64,000 bases of DNA from Candidatus Eiseniibacteriota bacterium (GCA_963703225.1 OY969801.1:804001-868000), one strand, 5' to 3'; shown: positions 47,916 through 58,577, numbered from the stretch's first letter. A program made the numbers and translations. Notes: generated from the sequence alone by a model not told the origin.

Positions 47916-48868
47916 GTTCGGTCTTGGGGGCGGACGGTTCTCTGACGCGCGTCGGCTACATCGATCTACCGGAGCACATCGGGCAGGGCGGTTTCGATCA
48001 CGCGGCGGTCGATCGAGGCCGCGCCCTGCTCTACGTGGCGCACACGGCCAACGATGCGGTGGACGTTGTCGACACGCGGGCGGGCACCTACGTGCGGTCC
48101 ATGATCGGCCTCAAGGAGGTCGCGGGGGCGGCGGTGGACGAGCCGTCGGGCTTGGTCTTTACCTCGAACCGCGGTGAAGATACGGTTGGCATCTACTCAC
48201 CCGATTCGGCTGGCACAATCGAAAAGGTCGCGGTCGGCCACAGGCCCAATGGTCTCGCCTATGATCCCGGCCGCGGAATCCTCCTTTCCGCAAACGTGGG
48301 GAACGCGAAAACCGGCCGCCCGCCCAGCGTCACCCTGGTGGATGTCCCCGCGCGGTCGGCGGTGGTGACGATCCCCATGCCGGGTCGAACCCGCTGGGCG
48401 ATCTTCGACCCCAACCGCGGGGTCTTCTTCGTCAACATCGCGGACCCGCCGCAGATCGTCGAGATCGATCCGCGGGCGTCCGGCGAGGTGTCGCGCGCTC
48501 TCGGCGTGCCTGCCCGCGGGCCCCATGGCCTGGATCTCGACTCGACACGGCAGCGTCTCTATTGCGCGTGTGATGATGGGACCCTGGTGAGCCTCAGCTC
48601 GCGATCGGGGGAGGTGCTCGATACTCTCAGCCTGAGCGGTGCGCCCGACGTCGTATTCCTGAATCGCGCGCTGGCGCACCTCTACGTGGCGATCGGCGAC
48701 CCCGGCGTCATCGACGTGATCGACGTCGCCTCGTGGAAGCGAGTAGACGTGGTCCCCACGGAGGCCGGCGCGCATACGATCGCGCTCGATGAAGGCGGGA
48801 ATCAGGTCTACGCCTTCCTGCCGCGGACGCACCGGGCGTCCGTTTTCACCACGCCACCTTCCCGCTGA
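47912..48868 (+). CDS. YncE/YVTN-like beta-propeller repeat protein
   Basis: GTG overlapping upstream stop; repeated ~40-aa units with GxxPxGLxxD-like pattern. Confidence 0.55.
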   Translation: MSSVLGADGSLTRVGYIDLPEHIGQGGFDHAAVDRGRALLYVAHTANDAVDVVDTRAGTYVRSMIGLKEVAGAAVDEPSGLVFTSNRGEDTVGIYSPDSAGTIEKVAVGHRPNGLAYDPGRGILLSANVGNAKTGRPPSVTLVDVPARSAVVTIPMPGRTRWAIFDPNRGVFFVNIADPPQIVEIDPRASGEVSRALGVPARGPHGLDLDSTRQRLYCACDDGTLVSLSSRSGEVLDTLSLSGAPDVVFLNRALAHLYVAIGDPGVIDVIDVASWKRVDVVPTEAGAHTIALDEGGNQVYAFLPRTHRASVFTTPPSR

Positions 48869-50423
48869 CGCGAAACGGCGTCTCGCTCTCGGCGGGCGCC
48901 AAGATATGATCCAAATTCTCGATCGACGCCGTACCCACAACCGCCTCCACGCGCAGCCACCGCGCCGGCGAATAGATCGCCGCACCGCTCACGCGCGTCT
49001 CCTGCTCCGCCACGCCCTGAAAGGCTGAAGCATCCACTTCGCCGTCCGAGGGCTTCCAGGGATCGCTGACCTGGCCTTCACCCTTCTTTCGATATTCGCC
49101 GCGCACCTGAAACTCCCAATTCGCGCCCCACTCCAGCGCGACCTCGCCGGCGAGTAACTCGACGTCCGGGCCGAGAACAAACCCTGTGGGGAAGCCGTCG
49201 AACGAGAAATCGTGGTCGTGCCAGGCCGAGTAGACGTAATTGTGGACGCGGGAGTACTCGGCCGATACGCCGAGCGCGCCGCGTCCAGCCAATTCCCGCC
49301 GCCACTCGCCGCCTGCCTGGTACCCGATCATGTCGGGCTTGTAGTCGCTGCTGAACGAGTAGTCGTCCATGAGGAACTCGCCGTAGACGCGCCAGCCGGG
49401 GCGGACAACCCACGAGGCGTCGGCCGCCCAGAGCACGTTGTTCTTGGCGAAGAGGGCGCCGGTCGAGTCGCCGGGCAAGGAACCGGCGCTCTTCGGTCGC
49501 TTTTCCCAGAACGAATAGGGCACAAAGGGAATCAAATAGAGAGGTGCCTGGCTCGTGCCGTCGAACCGGGCCAGCTCCGTGGCTCCCACGGTGAGCCCGC
49601 CGCGCGCCTGCCACTCCAGCCGGTGTCCGGCCAAATAGGTCTCTTGGCCAGGGTCGAGCATCGCGACGAGCTGGTTGTAGCGGAACCGCCGAAACATGCC
49701 CAGCTCCACCCTCAGCATGTCGAGCGCGGGCGCGGCGTCGGAGAGCGCGAGCGTTCCGCTTTCGCCCGGTCCCCATCGCAGCCACGTGTGCCCGAAAAGG
49801 AACCGAAGGCGCGAGATGGGGAACTCGACGTAGGCCTCGTTCACGTACGAATTGAAGTCGACTCCTTGTACCAGCGAGTTGAAGTCGCCGAAGTCGGGAG
49901 TCCCACGTCCGCCCTGGGACGCCGTCCCCTCGTAGAGATCCACGACAAAGACGCCCGACGAGTCGAGCGCACCCGCCATGGAAGCGCCGACTCGATAGTC
50001 GCGGTTGATGTCGGGATTGTTCCGGGGATCGTCGGAGTAGAGGAGCGACACGTACGGCGAAATCTCGAGCCGCTCCCCATTGTCCTCGGCGTCACCGTCG
50101 CCTTTGGCCGAGATCAGCGGCCGCGTCGCGCCCTTCGCCTCTGGATCCAAATACCGCGCCGCGCGTTGAAACGCCGGATCGTCAGCGGCGCCCTCCCGCT
50201 CTTCGGCCAATCCGCGCAGGAACGCCAGCGCCTCCGCGCGCCGCAGCGGCCGGCTCGACAGGAATCGAGGCGCGACGCCGAACCGCGTGGCCAGTCTCTC
50301 GAGGTCGCGATAGACGGGGCTGTCGGTGGGGATCCGCTCTTGGGGCAAATAGGTCGCGCGGGCCGCGCCGGTGGCAACGAGAAGCGCGCTACCGACGATG
50401 ATCGCGACACAGAAGCGCTTCAT
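48846..50423 (-). CDS. Wzi-like capsule assembly outer-membrane protein
   Basis: 525 aa; signal peptide; N-terminal YRDLERLATRFGV helical motif then beta-barrel-like alternating pattern; family call tentative. Confidence 0.5.
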   Translation of the reverse strand: MKRFCVAIIVGSALLVATGAARATYLPQERIPTDSPVYRDLERLATRFGVAPRFLSSRPLRRAEALAFLRGLAEEREGAADDPAFQRAARYLDPEAKGATRPLISAKGDGDAEDNGERLEISPYVSLLYSDDPRNNPDINRDYRVGASMAGALDSSGVFVVDLYEGTASQGGRGTPDFGDFNSLVQGVDFNSYVNEAYVEFPISRLRFLFGHTWLRWGPGESGTLALSDAAPALDMLRVELGMFRRFRYNQLVAMLDPGQETYLAGHRLEWQARGGLTVGATELARFDGTSQAPLYLIPFVPYSFWEKRPKSAGSLPGDSTGALFAKNNVLWAADASWVVRPGWRVYGEFLMDDYSFSSDYKPDMIGYQAGGEWRRELAGRGALGVSAEYSRVHNYVYSAWHDHDFSFDGFPTGFVLGPDVELLAGEVALEWGANWEFQVRGEYRKKGEGQVSDPWKPSDGEVDASAFQGVAEQETRVSGAAIYSPARWLRVEAVVGTASIENLDHILAPAESETPFRVSGKVAW

Positions 50424-50493
50424 CGCGGCGCAGGATAGCGGCTTCCTGTCGCGGAGTCCATCGTTGACCCCGACTTCCGAGCGTCGCTACTGC

Positions 50494-50841
50494 TTAGCCC
50501 AGCAGGCCTGAACTCACGAGGAGCCGCTGCGACCAAACGCCGGCTTCTTCCGCGACGCCGGTTAGGTCATCGGGCGAGGATGGGGGATGGGAGAGTCGAA
50601 TCGTCCACGAGCGGACTCGCTCGCCAAGCCGGGAGAGCTCCAACGCGAGATCAGAGTCTCTCGGCACGGCCGTGTGCTGAATAAACATCTCTGTTTCCTC
50701 GATGAGTCCGCGGACAATTTCGCGATGATCGGGATTCGATGAGAAGGAGCGAATCCGCGCGAGGTTGGCCGCGATACCTCCAACTTGCATGTCGAGGCGA
50801 TCGCTCAAGTACCGGTTCAGCCTTTCGGTCGAATTCTTCAT
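50494..50841 (-). CDS. hypothetical protein
   Basis: 115 aa from ATG at 50841 overlapping upstream stop (ATGA). Confidence 0.4.
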   Translation of the reverse strand: MKNSTERLNRYLSDRLDMQVGGIAANLARIRSFSSNPDHREIVRGLIEETEMFIQHTAVPRDSDLALELSRLGERVRSWTIRLSHPPSSPDDLTGVAEEAGVWSQRLLVSSGLLG

Positions 50842-51176
50842 ATCCCGCCTAGTATGCGCCTGGTAACCTTGTCGACGCGCGCCCGGATCGCGGCGCTTTG
50901 AATCTCGACTGACGGGTTTGCTTGGCGCGGCCTGATGTTTATCAGGGAGTGGTACCTGACTTCCTGGGTCGAAGGCACCCAATCAGCACCCCAAATGTCT
51001 TCTTGGTTGCTGCCGGCCTTGAGCAAGGCCGCCTCGCAGTCGGCATGCATGATGCCCCCACCCGCGACAACCTCTCGCCGAATGTCGACCGCTACCTTGA
51101 CATAGTCCTCGAGCGCATGGAGCATCTCGTCGAGTTGTTGCCGTGTGGGTTGAGCGCGCAGCACATGCACCGTCAC
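50838..51176 (-). CDS. hypothetical small protein (112 aa), not listed separately in ORF track
   Basis: GTG 3 nt after CYTH-CHAD stop with GGGGGAG upstream; MTVHVLRAQPTRQQLDEMLHALEDYVKVAVDIRRE...MHADCEAALLKAG...; coherent non-repetitive sequence hidden in tail of long ORF 50838-52751. Confidence 0.45.
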   Translation of the reverse strand: MTVHVLRAQPTRQQLDEMLHALEDYVKVAVDIRREVVAGGGIMHADCEAALLKAGSNQEDIWGADWVPSTQEVRYHSLINIRPRQANPSVEIQSAAIRARVDKVTRRILGGI

Positions 51177-51178
51177 CC

Positions 51179-52706
51179 CTACTCCCCCGTCGCCCGCTCC
51201 CAAGCCAGCCGCAAGTCTCCGCGCTTGATCCGCGCCGCGCGCTCGAGATGCCCGAGCGCGCTGCCGGTTCCCATCACCAGCTCCCGGTCCTTCTTGGGCA
51301 CGCTGCCGGCGTACTTTCTCATTCGCCGCCAGAGCGCCACCGCGTCGCGGTGGTCTCCAAGGAAGTCTTGCAGGGTCGCGATCCGCCGGGCGCGTCGGAC
51401 CGCGCCGTGGCCCTCGATGTCCGTGAAATACTCGATCGCGTACCGCGCCTTCTTCGCCGCGATCCGAAGCGTGTGGAGGTCCTCGATCTCCATCGAGCGC
51501 TCGGCCTTCTCGTAGGCTTCGCGCATCGCGTCGTTCCATTGGGCGACGATCCGGGACGCGACCGCGTACCCTGGCATCCCCCCCTCGGCCACCGTCGAAG
51601 CTGGGGGCGGACCCGCGTCCACCCATCCGCGGGCGCGGGCGGCAAACGCTCCAAAGCGCTCCGAGTCGAGGCGCTCGACCAGTCGGCGGCGCCGCTCGGC
51701 GCGCCTCACCGAGAGCCCCTGCGCGAATATCTGGAGCGCGGGACGCTCGTGCGAGGTCCCATCGGCTATGAGCGCCGCGACGTGCGTCAGCGCGACATCC
51801 AGATCCCGCACCCGGCCGAGCGCGCGGCCGATCCAGCGAAGCTCGCCCTCCAGCTCCTCCCGGAGCGCTTGGGGGTAGCCGTCCGCGAGGACGACGAGCG
51901 CGGTCCGAAGCCGCCTGCAGGCCACCCGCATGTCGTGGACGTACGTCGGGGTCGACGCCGAGTCGCGTCCCTGGCTCGTTCCAGAAGAGCCGCCCCAAAT
52001 GGCGGCCAAAGGACTTGTGGGCTACGTCGAGGAGACGGTCGGCGTGGTTCAGCGCGAACGCGCGCTCGTCCCGCTCCGGGAGCCGCTCGCCCATCGCGGA
52101 GAGCGCGGCCGAGAGCTTGGTCTCGACCGTTTGCGCGAGGCCGAGCTGCTCCTCCACCGCGCGCCGCACCTGGCCCAGCGCCTCGTAGGCGCCGTTCTGA
52201 AGCTCGAGCTCCACCTCGCGGAACGTCGCGGGTGGCGCGCTCACGTGGTCGACCGTGAGCGAGCCGAGCAGCGTCTCCCCGCGGAGCCAGCGGAAGCACT
52301 CGCGGTCGTTTCGGACGCGGGCGCGAACCAGGAGTCTCTCGATCGCGTGGAGCCCCGCGAGCGGGTGGAGCAATCCCGCCACTGGACCGGGCTCGAGCGC
52401 GGTCCAGGGCGGATCGCCGTTGGGCGCGTCCTGGGCCCATTCCTCCCGCACCAGCGCCTTCTCGTCGGCCGACCGGAGCGATTTCGCCTCCAGCCGGAGC
52501 CGTGTCCCTTCGGAGCGTAGCCGAAGCGCGATCCCGGCGCGGAAGAGCGTCCAATTCTCGGTGTCGAGGTAGCGGTCCTCGTGGACGACGGTGCCGCTCG
52601 GCTCCAGATGAAATCCGGCCGATTCCACAGCCGCGCGCACGGTGGCGGGGTCGCGCCCCTCGGGCAATCGAAACTTGATCTCGCGCTCGATCATGGCGAT
52701 ATCCAT
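51179..52706 (-). CDS. CYTH-CHAD domain protein (triphosphate tunnel metalloenzyme-like plus CHAD); frame disrupted near 51940-51980
   Basis: N-terminal EREIKFRL CYTH motif; C-terminal CHAD (VHDMRVACRRLRTALVV) in second frame; start overlaps sixA stop. Confidence 0.7.
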
Positions 52707-53212
52707 CACGAATCGGCGATCCGCCGGAGCGCGCCCGGCTGGAGCAGCCATTCCAGGAATCCAAGCCCCGGCGCGGGCTCGGAGGGGAATCGCAGCAACG
52801 CGGCGGCGCCCTTCCGGAATACGAGCGAAGCTGAGTGGTGCGGGCCGCAGAGGAGGTACGAGGCGAATCCGCTCAGGTGTGGCTCGTGCCCCACGACCGC
52901 GACCGACTTCACGCCGAGCGCGGCCACCGCCCCCAGCGCGTCTCCATAATCGGCGTCCGGCTTGAGGCGAGGGGTGTGCTCGATCTCCAAATGCGGCTGC
53001 ACGGCGTCGCGAAGAATCTCAGCCGTCTGGCGGGCTCGCAGGAGCGGGCTCGAGAGGATCCGGTCGGGGCGCACGTCGAGTTTTTCCAAGCCCTTCGCGG
53101 CGAGGCGGAACTTGTGAATTCCCTCAGGGGTCAGCGGGCGATCGTCGTCCCACGGGTAGGCAGGATCGCCGCGCTCGACGGCGATGGCGTGACGCACGAT
53201 ATAGAGATCCAC
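52706..53212 (-). CDS. sixA: phosphohistidine phosphatase SixA (histidine phosphatase superfamily)
   Basis: 168 aa; LYIVRHAIAVERGD N-terminal RHG-type motif, VVGHEPHLS. Confidence 0.75.
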   Translation of the reverse strand: MDLYIVRHAIAVERGDPAYPWDDDRPLTPEGIHKFRLAAKGLEKLDVRPDRILSSPLLRARQTAEILRDAVQPHLEIEHTPRLKPDADYGDALGAVAALGVKSVAVVGHEPHLSGFASYLLCGPHHSASLVFRKGAAALLRFPSEPAPGLGFLEWLLQPGALRRIADS

Positions 53213-53409
53213 GCTTCCCCCGGGAACCGACTGGCGTAGCGAGACTTGCAGCGAGGCTGGCCCTGGCGCAGCCCTTATATTGTCTCACTCCTATGCCGGG
53301 CGGTCAACCGCAGCCCGGCTCCCTCCCTTGACGGCCCGGCCTCGGGCGAGCGAAGATGGCCCTAATGGCTTCACCGACAAAGACTTCCTTTCCCATCCGC
53401 TGCGCCGGC

Positions 53410-55011
53410 ATGGACGTCGGCTCGAACGCCCTACGGCTGGCCATCGCGGAATTCAGAAGCCCCACCGAATACGAGGTCCTCGACCGGGTGCGTGCCCCGG
53501 TCCGGCTCGGGGAGTCGGTTTTCAAGAGCCAGCGGATCGACCCGGCCACCATGGAGGCGGCGCTCGACGCGTTCCGCACGTTCCGCCGGAAGATGGAGCA
53601 GCACGGCGTGGTGGTCCATCGCGCCGTCGCGACCAGCGCGACGCGCGAGGCGAAGAACCGCGCCGCGTTTCTGGAGCGGGTCCGGAGCGAGACCGGTCTC
53701 GATCTCGAGCTGATCCAGGGGACAGAGGAGGCGCGGCTCGTCGCGCTGGGCGTGAAGAGCCGCCTCTCCTTGGAGCGCGGGCTCTCGATGATCCTTGACG
53801 TGGGGGGCGGGTCGAGCGAGATCGCGCTCGTCGGGCACGGAGAGATCCTGATCGTGGAGTCGCACGACGTGGGCGGGGTGCGGCTCCTCGAGCGGGCCGG
53901 CAAAGGACCGCCCGAGAAACTGTTCAAGCTGATCCAGGCCACCCTGCGCTCGTCGCGGTTTCCGATCCTCGACTACTTCAAGCGCCGGCGGCTGAATCGG
54001 CTGATCGGAACGGGCGGAAACATCGAAACGCTCGCGCTCCTGACCTCGGCCAATGGACACGCCCGCGCGAACGGGGACGAGCGTCCGGTGGCCAAGGTCA
54101 CGCTCCCCCGGCTTCGGAAATTCCTCCATCAGCTCACCAAGCTCTCGCCCGCCGAGCGGGCGTCCCGCTTCGACCTCCGTCCGGATCGCGCCGACGTGAT
54201 CGTGCCGGCGGGGGCGATCTTCGAGTACGTGGCCACGCGGGTGCGCGCCCGCGAGATCTGGGTGCCGTTCGTGGGGCTCGTGGACGGGGTGCTGATCGAC
54301 GTGGCGCAGGCCGCGGGCACGGAGGGAATGAAGCAACTCGAGGTTTCCCAGACGCGAAACGCGGCGGTCGCGATCATGCACAAGTACGACCCCGAGCCAA
54401 GGCACGCGCAGCGGGTGAGCGCGCTCGCGGTGTCGCTCTTCGACCAGCTGAAGCCGATGCACGGGATGGGGAAGCGCGACCGGCTCCTGTTGGAGCTGGC
54501 GGCGCTCCTCCACGAGGTGGGGAACTTCATCGGACCGAACGGCCACCATCGCCACTCGCTCTACATCATCGCGCAGACCCCGATCCTCGGGCTGGGCGAC
54601 GACGAGCTGATGGTGGTGGCGAACGTCGCCCGCTATCACCGGAAGGCGCCGCCCGACATGAGCCACGAGTACTACCGCGATCTCTCGGAGGGCGACCGCG
54701 AGCGGGTCCGCGCCCTCGCGGCCATCCTCCGTGTCGCCGACGCGCTCGACCATGACCACCGGCAGCAGGTGACCGCGGTGCGCGCCAAGCAGCGGGGCTC
54801 CGAGCTGAGGCTCAAGGTGAAGACCCGCGGGGACGTGACCCTGGACGAGTGGTCGGTGGGCGACAAGGGCGATCTCTTCCAGGACGAGTTCGGCCTCAAG
54901 CCCGTGGTCGCGCGCCGGTGGCTGACGCGCTTCCGGTCATCTCGGTCATCGACGTCGGCGCGAGCGGGATCCGCATGCTCCTCGCCGAGCTTCGCCCGGG
55001 CGGCGAGTTGA
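53410..55011 (+). CDS. ppx: Ppx/GppA family exopolyphosphatase (3' end uncertain)
   Basis: MDVGSNALRL...ATSATREAKN...DVGGGSSEIAL actin-fold motifs and C-terminal HD-like region; C-terminal ~30 aa low complexity, may be artefact. Confidence 0.75.
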   Translation: MDVGSNALRLAIAEFRSPTEYEVLDRVRAPVRLGESVFKSQRIDPATMEAALDAFRTFRRKMEQHGVVVHRAVATSATREAKNRAAFLERVRSETGLDLELIQGTEEARLVALGVKSRLSLERGLSMILDVGGGSSEIALVGHGEILIVESHDVGGVRLLERAGKGPPEKLFKLIQATLRSSRFPILDYFKRRRLNRLIGTGGNIETLALLTSANGHARANGDERPVAKVTLPRLRKFLHQLTKLSPAERASRFDLRPDRADVIVPAGAIFEYVATRVRAREIWVPFVGLVDGVLIDVAQAAGTEGMKQLEVSQTRNAAVAIMHKYDPEPRHAQRVSALAVSLFDQLKPMHGMGKRDRLLLELAALLHEVGNFIGPNGHHRHSLYIIAQTPILGLGDDELMVVANVARYHRKAPPDMSHEYYRDLSEGDRERVRALAAILRVADALDHDHRQQVTAVRAKQRGSELRLKVKTRGDVTLDEWSVGDKGDLFQDEFGLKPVVARRWLTRFRSSRSSTSARAGSACSSPSFARAAS

Positions 55012-56476
55012 AGACGCTGGAGCAGCTCGAGCGGCCGCTCGCGCTGGGACGCGAGACGTTTCGCACCGGGACGCTCTCGGCGGGGAGCATCCAGAAGGCG
55101 GTGAACGTGCTCCGCCAGTACCGCGCGCTGATGGACACCTACGGCGTGACCCACACGCGCGCGGTCGCGACGAGCGCGGTGCGCGCGGCGCTGAACCGCG
55201 ACACGTTCGTCGACCGCGTCTTCCTGGCCACCGGGATCGAGATCGAGGTGATCGAGGGATCGCAGGAGACGCTGCTCACCTTCGCCGCGGTCCAGCGGGC
55301 TCTGGGAGAGCATCCGGAGGTGGGGGCGGGCGAATCGCTGATGTTCGAGCTGGGCGGCGGCGCGACCGAGTGGGCGTTGATGCGAGACGGCGAGGTGGTC
55401 GCGTCGGTGACCCACGACCTGGGCACCGTCAGGATGCGGGAGCTGCTCCGCACCGGCGAAACGGAGCGCCGCGCCAAGACGCGGCTCATCCAGCACAACG
55501 TACGCGAGATGATGAACGCGATCCGGCGCGCGCTCCCGTTCAAGGAGGTCTCGAACCTGATCGCGGTGGGCTCGGAGGCGCGCTTCGCGGCCCGCGCGCT
55601 GGCCGACCCCGAGAAGAAGAACGGCTCGGAGAACGACACCTTGGGCGCGGTGAGCGCGAAAGACTTGAAGAAGCTGGCCGACCAGATCCTTCCGATGACG
55701 CCCGATCAGGTCGCCTCCCAGTTCGGAGTGGCCGCGGGAGAGGCCGAGTCGCTGGCGCCGGCGCTCCTCGCCTACGCGGAGCTGATCCGGCTCAATCAGG
55801 TGGAGCGCCTCCTCGTCCCGCGGGTCAGCATGCGGGACGGGCTCGTGCTCCAGATGGCCAAGTCGATCCAGAGCGGCTCGAGCGTCTTCTTCCCGGAGCA
55901 GACGATCGCCGCGGCGATCAATCTCGCGCGGAAATATCAGGCCGACGAGAAGCACGGGACCGCCACCGCCGCGCTCGGCCGGAGTCGATCTTTGAGGCGA
56001 CGCGGGCGCAGCACCGGATGGGTGAGCGCGAGCTTCTGCTCCTGGAAGTGGCGTCGATCGTCCACGACATCGGCGGTTTCGTCGCGGCGCGCGGCCATCA
56101 CCGCCACGCCTACTATCTCCTGACCAATTCGGAAATCTTCGGGCTCTCCGGCGTCGATCTGGAAATCGTCGCGAACCTCGCGCGCTACCACCGTCGGGGC
56201 GGCCCGCAGTCGGATCATCCCGCGTACGCGTCGCTCCCGCGCCCGGCGCGGCTCACCGTGAATCGCCTCTCCGCCATCCTCCGCGTCGCCGACGCGCTCG
56301 ACAAGGGGCACAACCAGCGCATCCGCGACCCCAAGATCAGCGTGGTGGGCGATGAGCTTCGGATCGAGGTCGAGGGGGCGGAGGACCTCGCGCTCGAGCG
56401 TTTGGCGCTCGACCAGAAGGGGGGTCTCTTCGAGGAGGTCTTCGGCCTCAAACCGGTCCTGGTCGAGGTCGCGTGA
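54918..56476 (+). CDS. ppx: Ppx/GppA family exopolyphosphatase, tandem paralogue; frame disrupted near 55970-55990
   Basis: VIDVGASGIRMLL...ATSAVRAALN...ELGGGATEWAL then second frame HDIGGFV...HHRHAYYL. Confidence 0.7.
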
Positions 56477-58577
56477 GCGAGCCGCGATTTCTCAATCGGT
56501 CCCTCACCTGGCTCGGATTCAACGGGAGGGTGCTGGAAGAGGCACAGGACGATTCGAACCCGGTGCTCGAGCGGGCGCGCTTTCTTGGCATCTTCGCCTC
56601 GAACCTCGACGAGTTCTTCATGATCCGGGTGGCCGGGATCCGCGAGCTGGTCCGCGCCGGCGTGGAGCACCAGGAGCCCGACGGGAGCACGCCCGCGGAG
56701 CTTCTCTGACCAAGATCGCCGTCAAGGCGCGCGAGCTGGGCGCGGCGGCGGCTGCGCTCTACGCGAAGCGAGATCGCCCCGGCGCTCCGTGAAGGGGGCG
56801 TTCGCTTTCGTCACCCCGGTCGGACCTCGAGCCGCGGGAGCGCGCCTTTCTCGACCGGCTCTTCGCGTCGGAGATCTTTCCCGGTCCTGACCCCGGCCGC
56901 GATCGATCCGGCCCTGCCGTTTCCGCACGTGACGAACCTCGCTCTCTATCTGGCCGTCCGTCTGGAGCGAAACGGCGATGATTCGAAGCTCGCCATCGTC
57001 CAGCTTCCCCGCACCGCCGCGCGGTGGATCCAGGTGGCGGGTAAGGACGAGGTCCGCTTCGTGCTTCTGGAGGAGGTGGTTCGGGAGCGGATCGGCGAGC
57101 TGTTCGAGGGGCACGCGGTGGCCGAGGCGGTCGCGTTTCGGGTGACGCGGGACGCCGACTTCGCGACCGACGATCAGGAGGCCGAGGATCTGGTCGACGC
57201 GGTCCGTCAGGTTCTGCGAGAGCCGGCTGCGGGGCGATCCGGTCCGGCTGGAGGTGGAGGAGGGCGCGAGCGCGGGGCTGGTGGATCGGCTCGCGGGAGC
57301 GCTGGGGCTGACCGAGGACGAGGTCTATCGGTTGCCCGCGCCCGCTCGATCTCAAATTTCTCACCGACTTCGCCCGGCATCCCGTCGCTTCCGGCGCCGC
57401 GCGCGACCCCGTGGCCGCCCCAGCCGCGGCCCGACATTCCGCCGGGGGACGCGATCTGGGAGCGCGATCGCCGAGCGGGACATCCTTCTCTTTCACCCGT
57501 ACGAGAGCTTCGAGCCGGTACTCCGGATCGCTCCGCCTCGCGGCGGAGGACCCCGCGGTGTTGGCGATCAAGCAGACGCTCTACCGGACTTCGTCCGGGT
57601 CGGAGGTCGTGCGCGCGCTGGAGCGGGCGGCGGAGAACGGGAAGCAGGTGACGGTGCTGGTCGAGCTTCAGGCGCGCTTCGACGAGGAGCGGAACGTGAC
57701 CTGGGCCCGGCGACTCGAAGACGCGGGGGCGCAGGTCCTCTACGGGCTCGCGGGGCTGAAGACCCACGCCAAAGCGCTCCTGATCGTGCGGCGCGGTGCC
57801 GGCGGGATCGAGCGGTACGCCCACGTCGGCACGGGGAATTACAACGAGCGGACGGTGCTCGATTACTCCGATTTGAGTCTCTTGACCGCCGACGAGGACC
57901 TCTGCGTCGATCTGACGGCCTTCTTCAACGTCGTGACCGGCTACTCCGAGCCGCTCCCCTGGAGGCGGATCGCGATGGCCCCGCTGGGTCTCAGGCAGCG
58001 CCTCCTCGGCCTGATCCGGCGCGAGGTGGAGAAGTCGACCGCCGAGGAGCCGGGGCAGATCCGTGCGAAGATGAACTCGCTCGTCGACGTCGCGCTCATC
58101 GAGGCGCTGTACGCGGCGTCCTCGGAAGGAGTAAAGATCGACCTGAACGTCCGCGGCTCCTGCCTGCTCCGTCCCGGCGTGAAGGGGATGAGCGAGAACA
58201 TCCGCGTGGTGACGATCGTCGATCGCTTTCTGGAGCACAGCCGGATCTTCGAGTTTCGAAACGGCGGGGACACCGAGGTATTCATCGGAAGCGCCGATTG
58301 GATGCCGCGAAATCTGGACCGCCGCGTGGAGCTGGTGGTGCCGATCGTGGACGTGGAGCACCGCGCCCGCCTCAGCCGGGTCCTCGACACGTTCTTTGCC
58401 GACAATGTGAAGGCGCGGGAGTTGCGACAGGACGGAACGCTGGTGAAGCGGGATGGCCGAAAGCGGGCGGTCCGAGCCCAGGAGGTTTTCTGGGAAGAAG
58501 CGCGCGAGAGGGCGGCGCGGCCGCCCGATCCGGAGCGCGCAGCGTTTCAACCGGTTCGGAGGCCGTCGCACGGGTAG
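56473..58577 (+). CDS. ppk: polyphosphate kinase 1; multiple frame disruptions between ~56700 and ~57550
   Basis: N-terminal FLNRSLTWLGFNGRVLEEA...FLGIFASNLDEFFMIRVAG; C-terminal PLD-like domains (HAKALLIVRR, YAHVGTGNYN, GSADWMPRNLDRRVE) in several frames. Confidence 0.75.

Noticed and set aside
53431-55955. Two long minus-strand ORFs (53431-54759, 54672-55955)
   Set aside because: Antisense to the two Ppx/GppA genes, which carry recognisable actin-fold phosphatase motifs.
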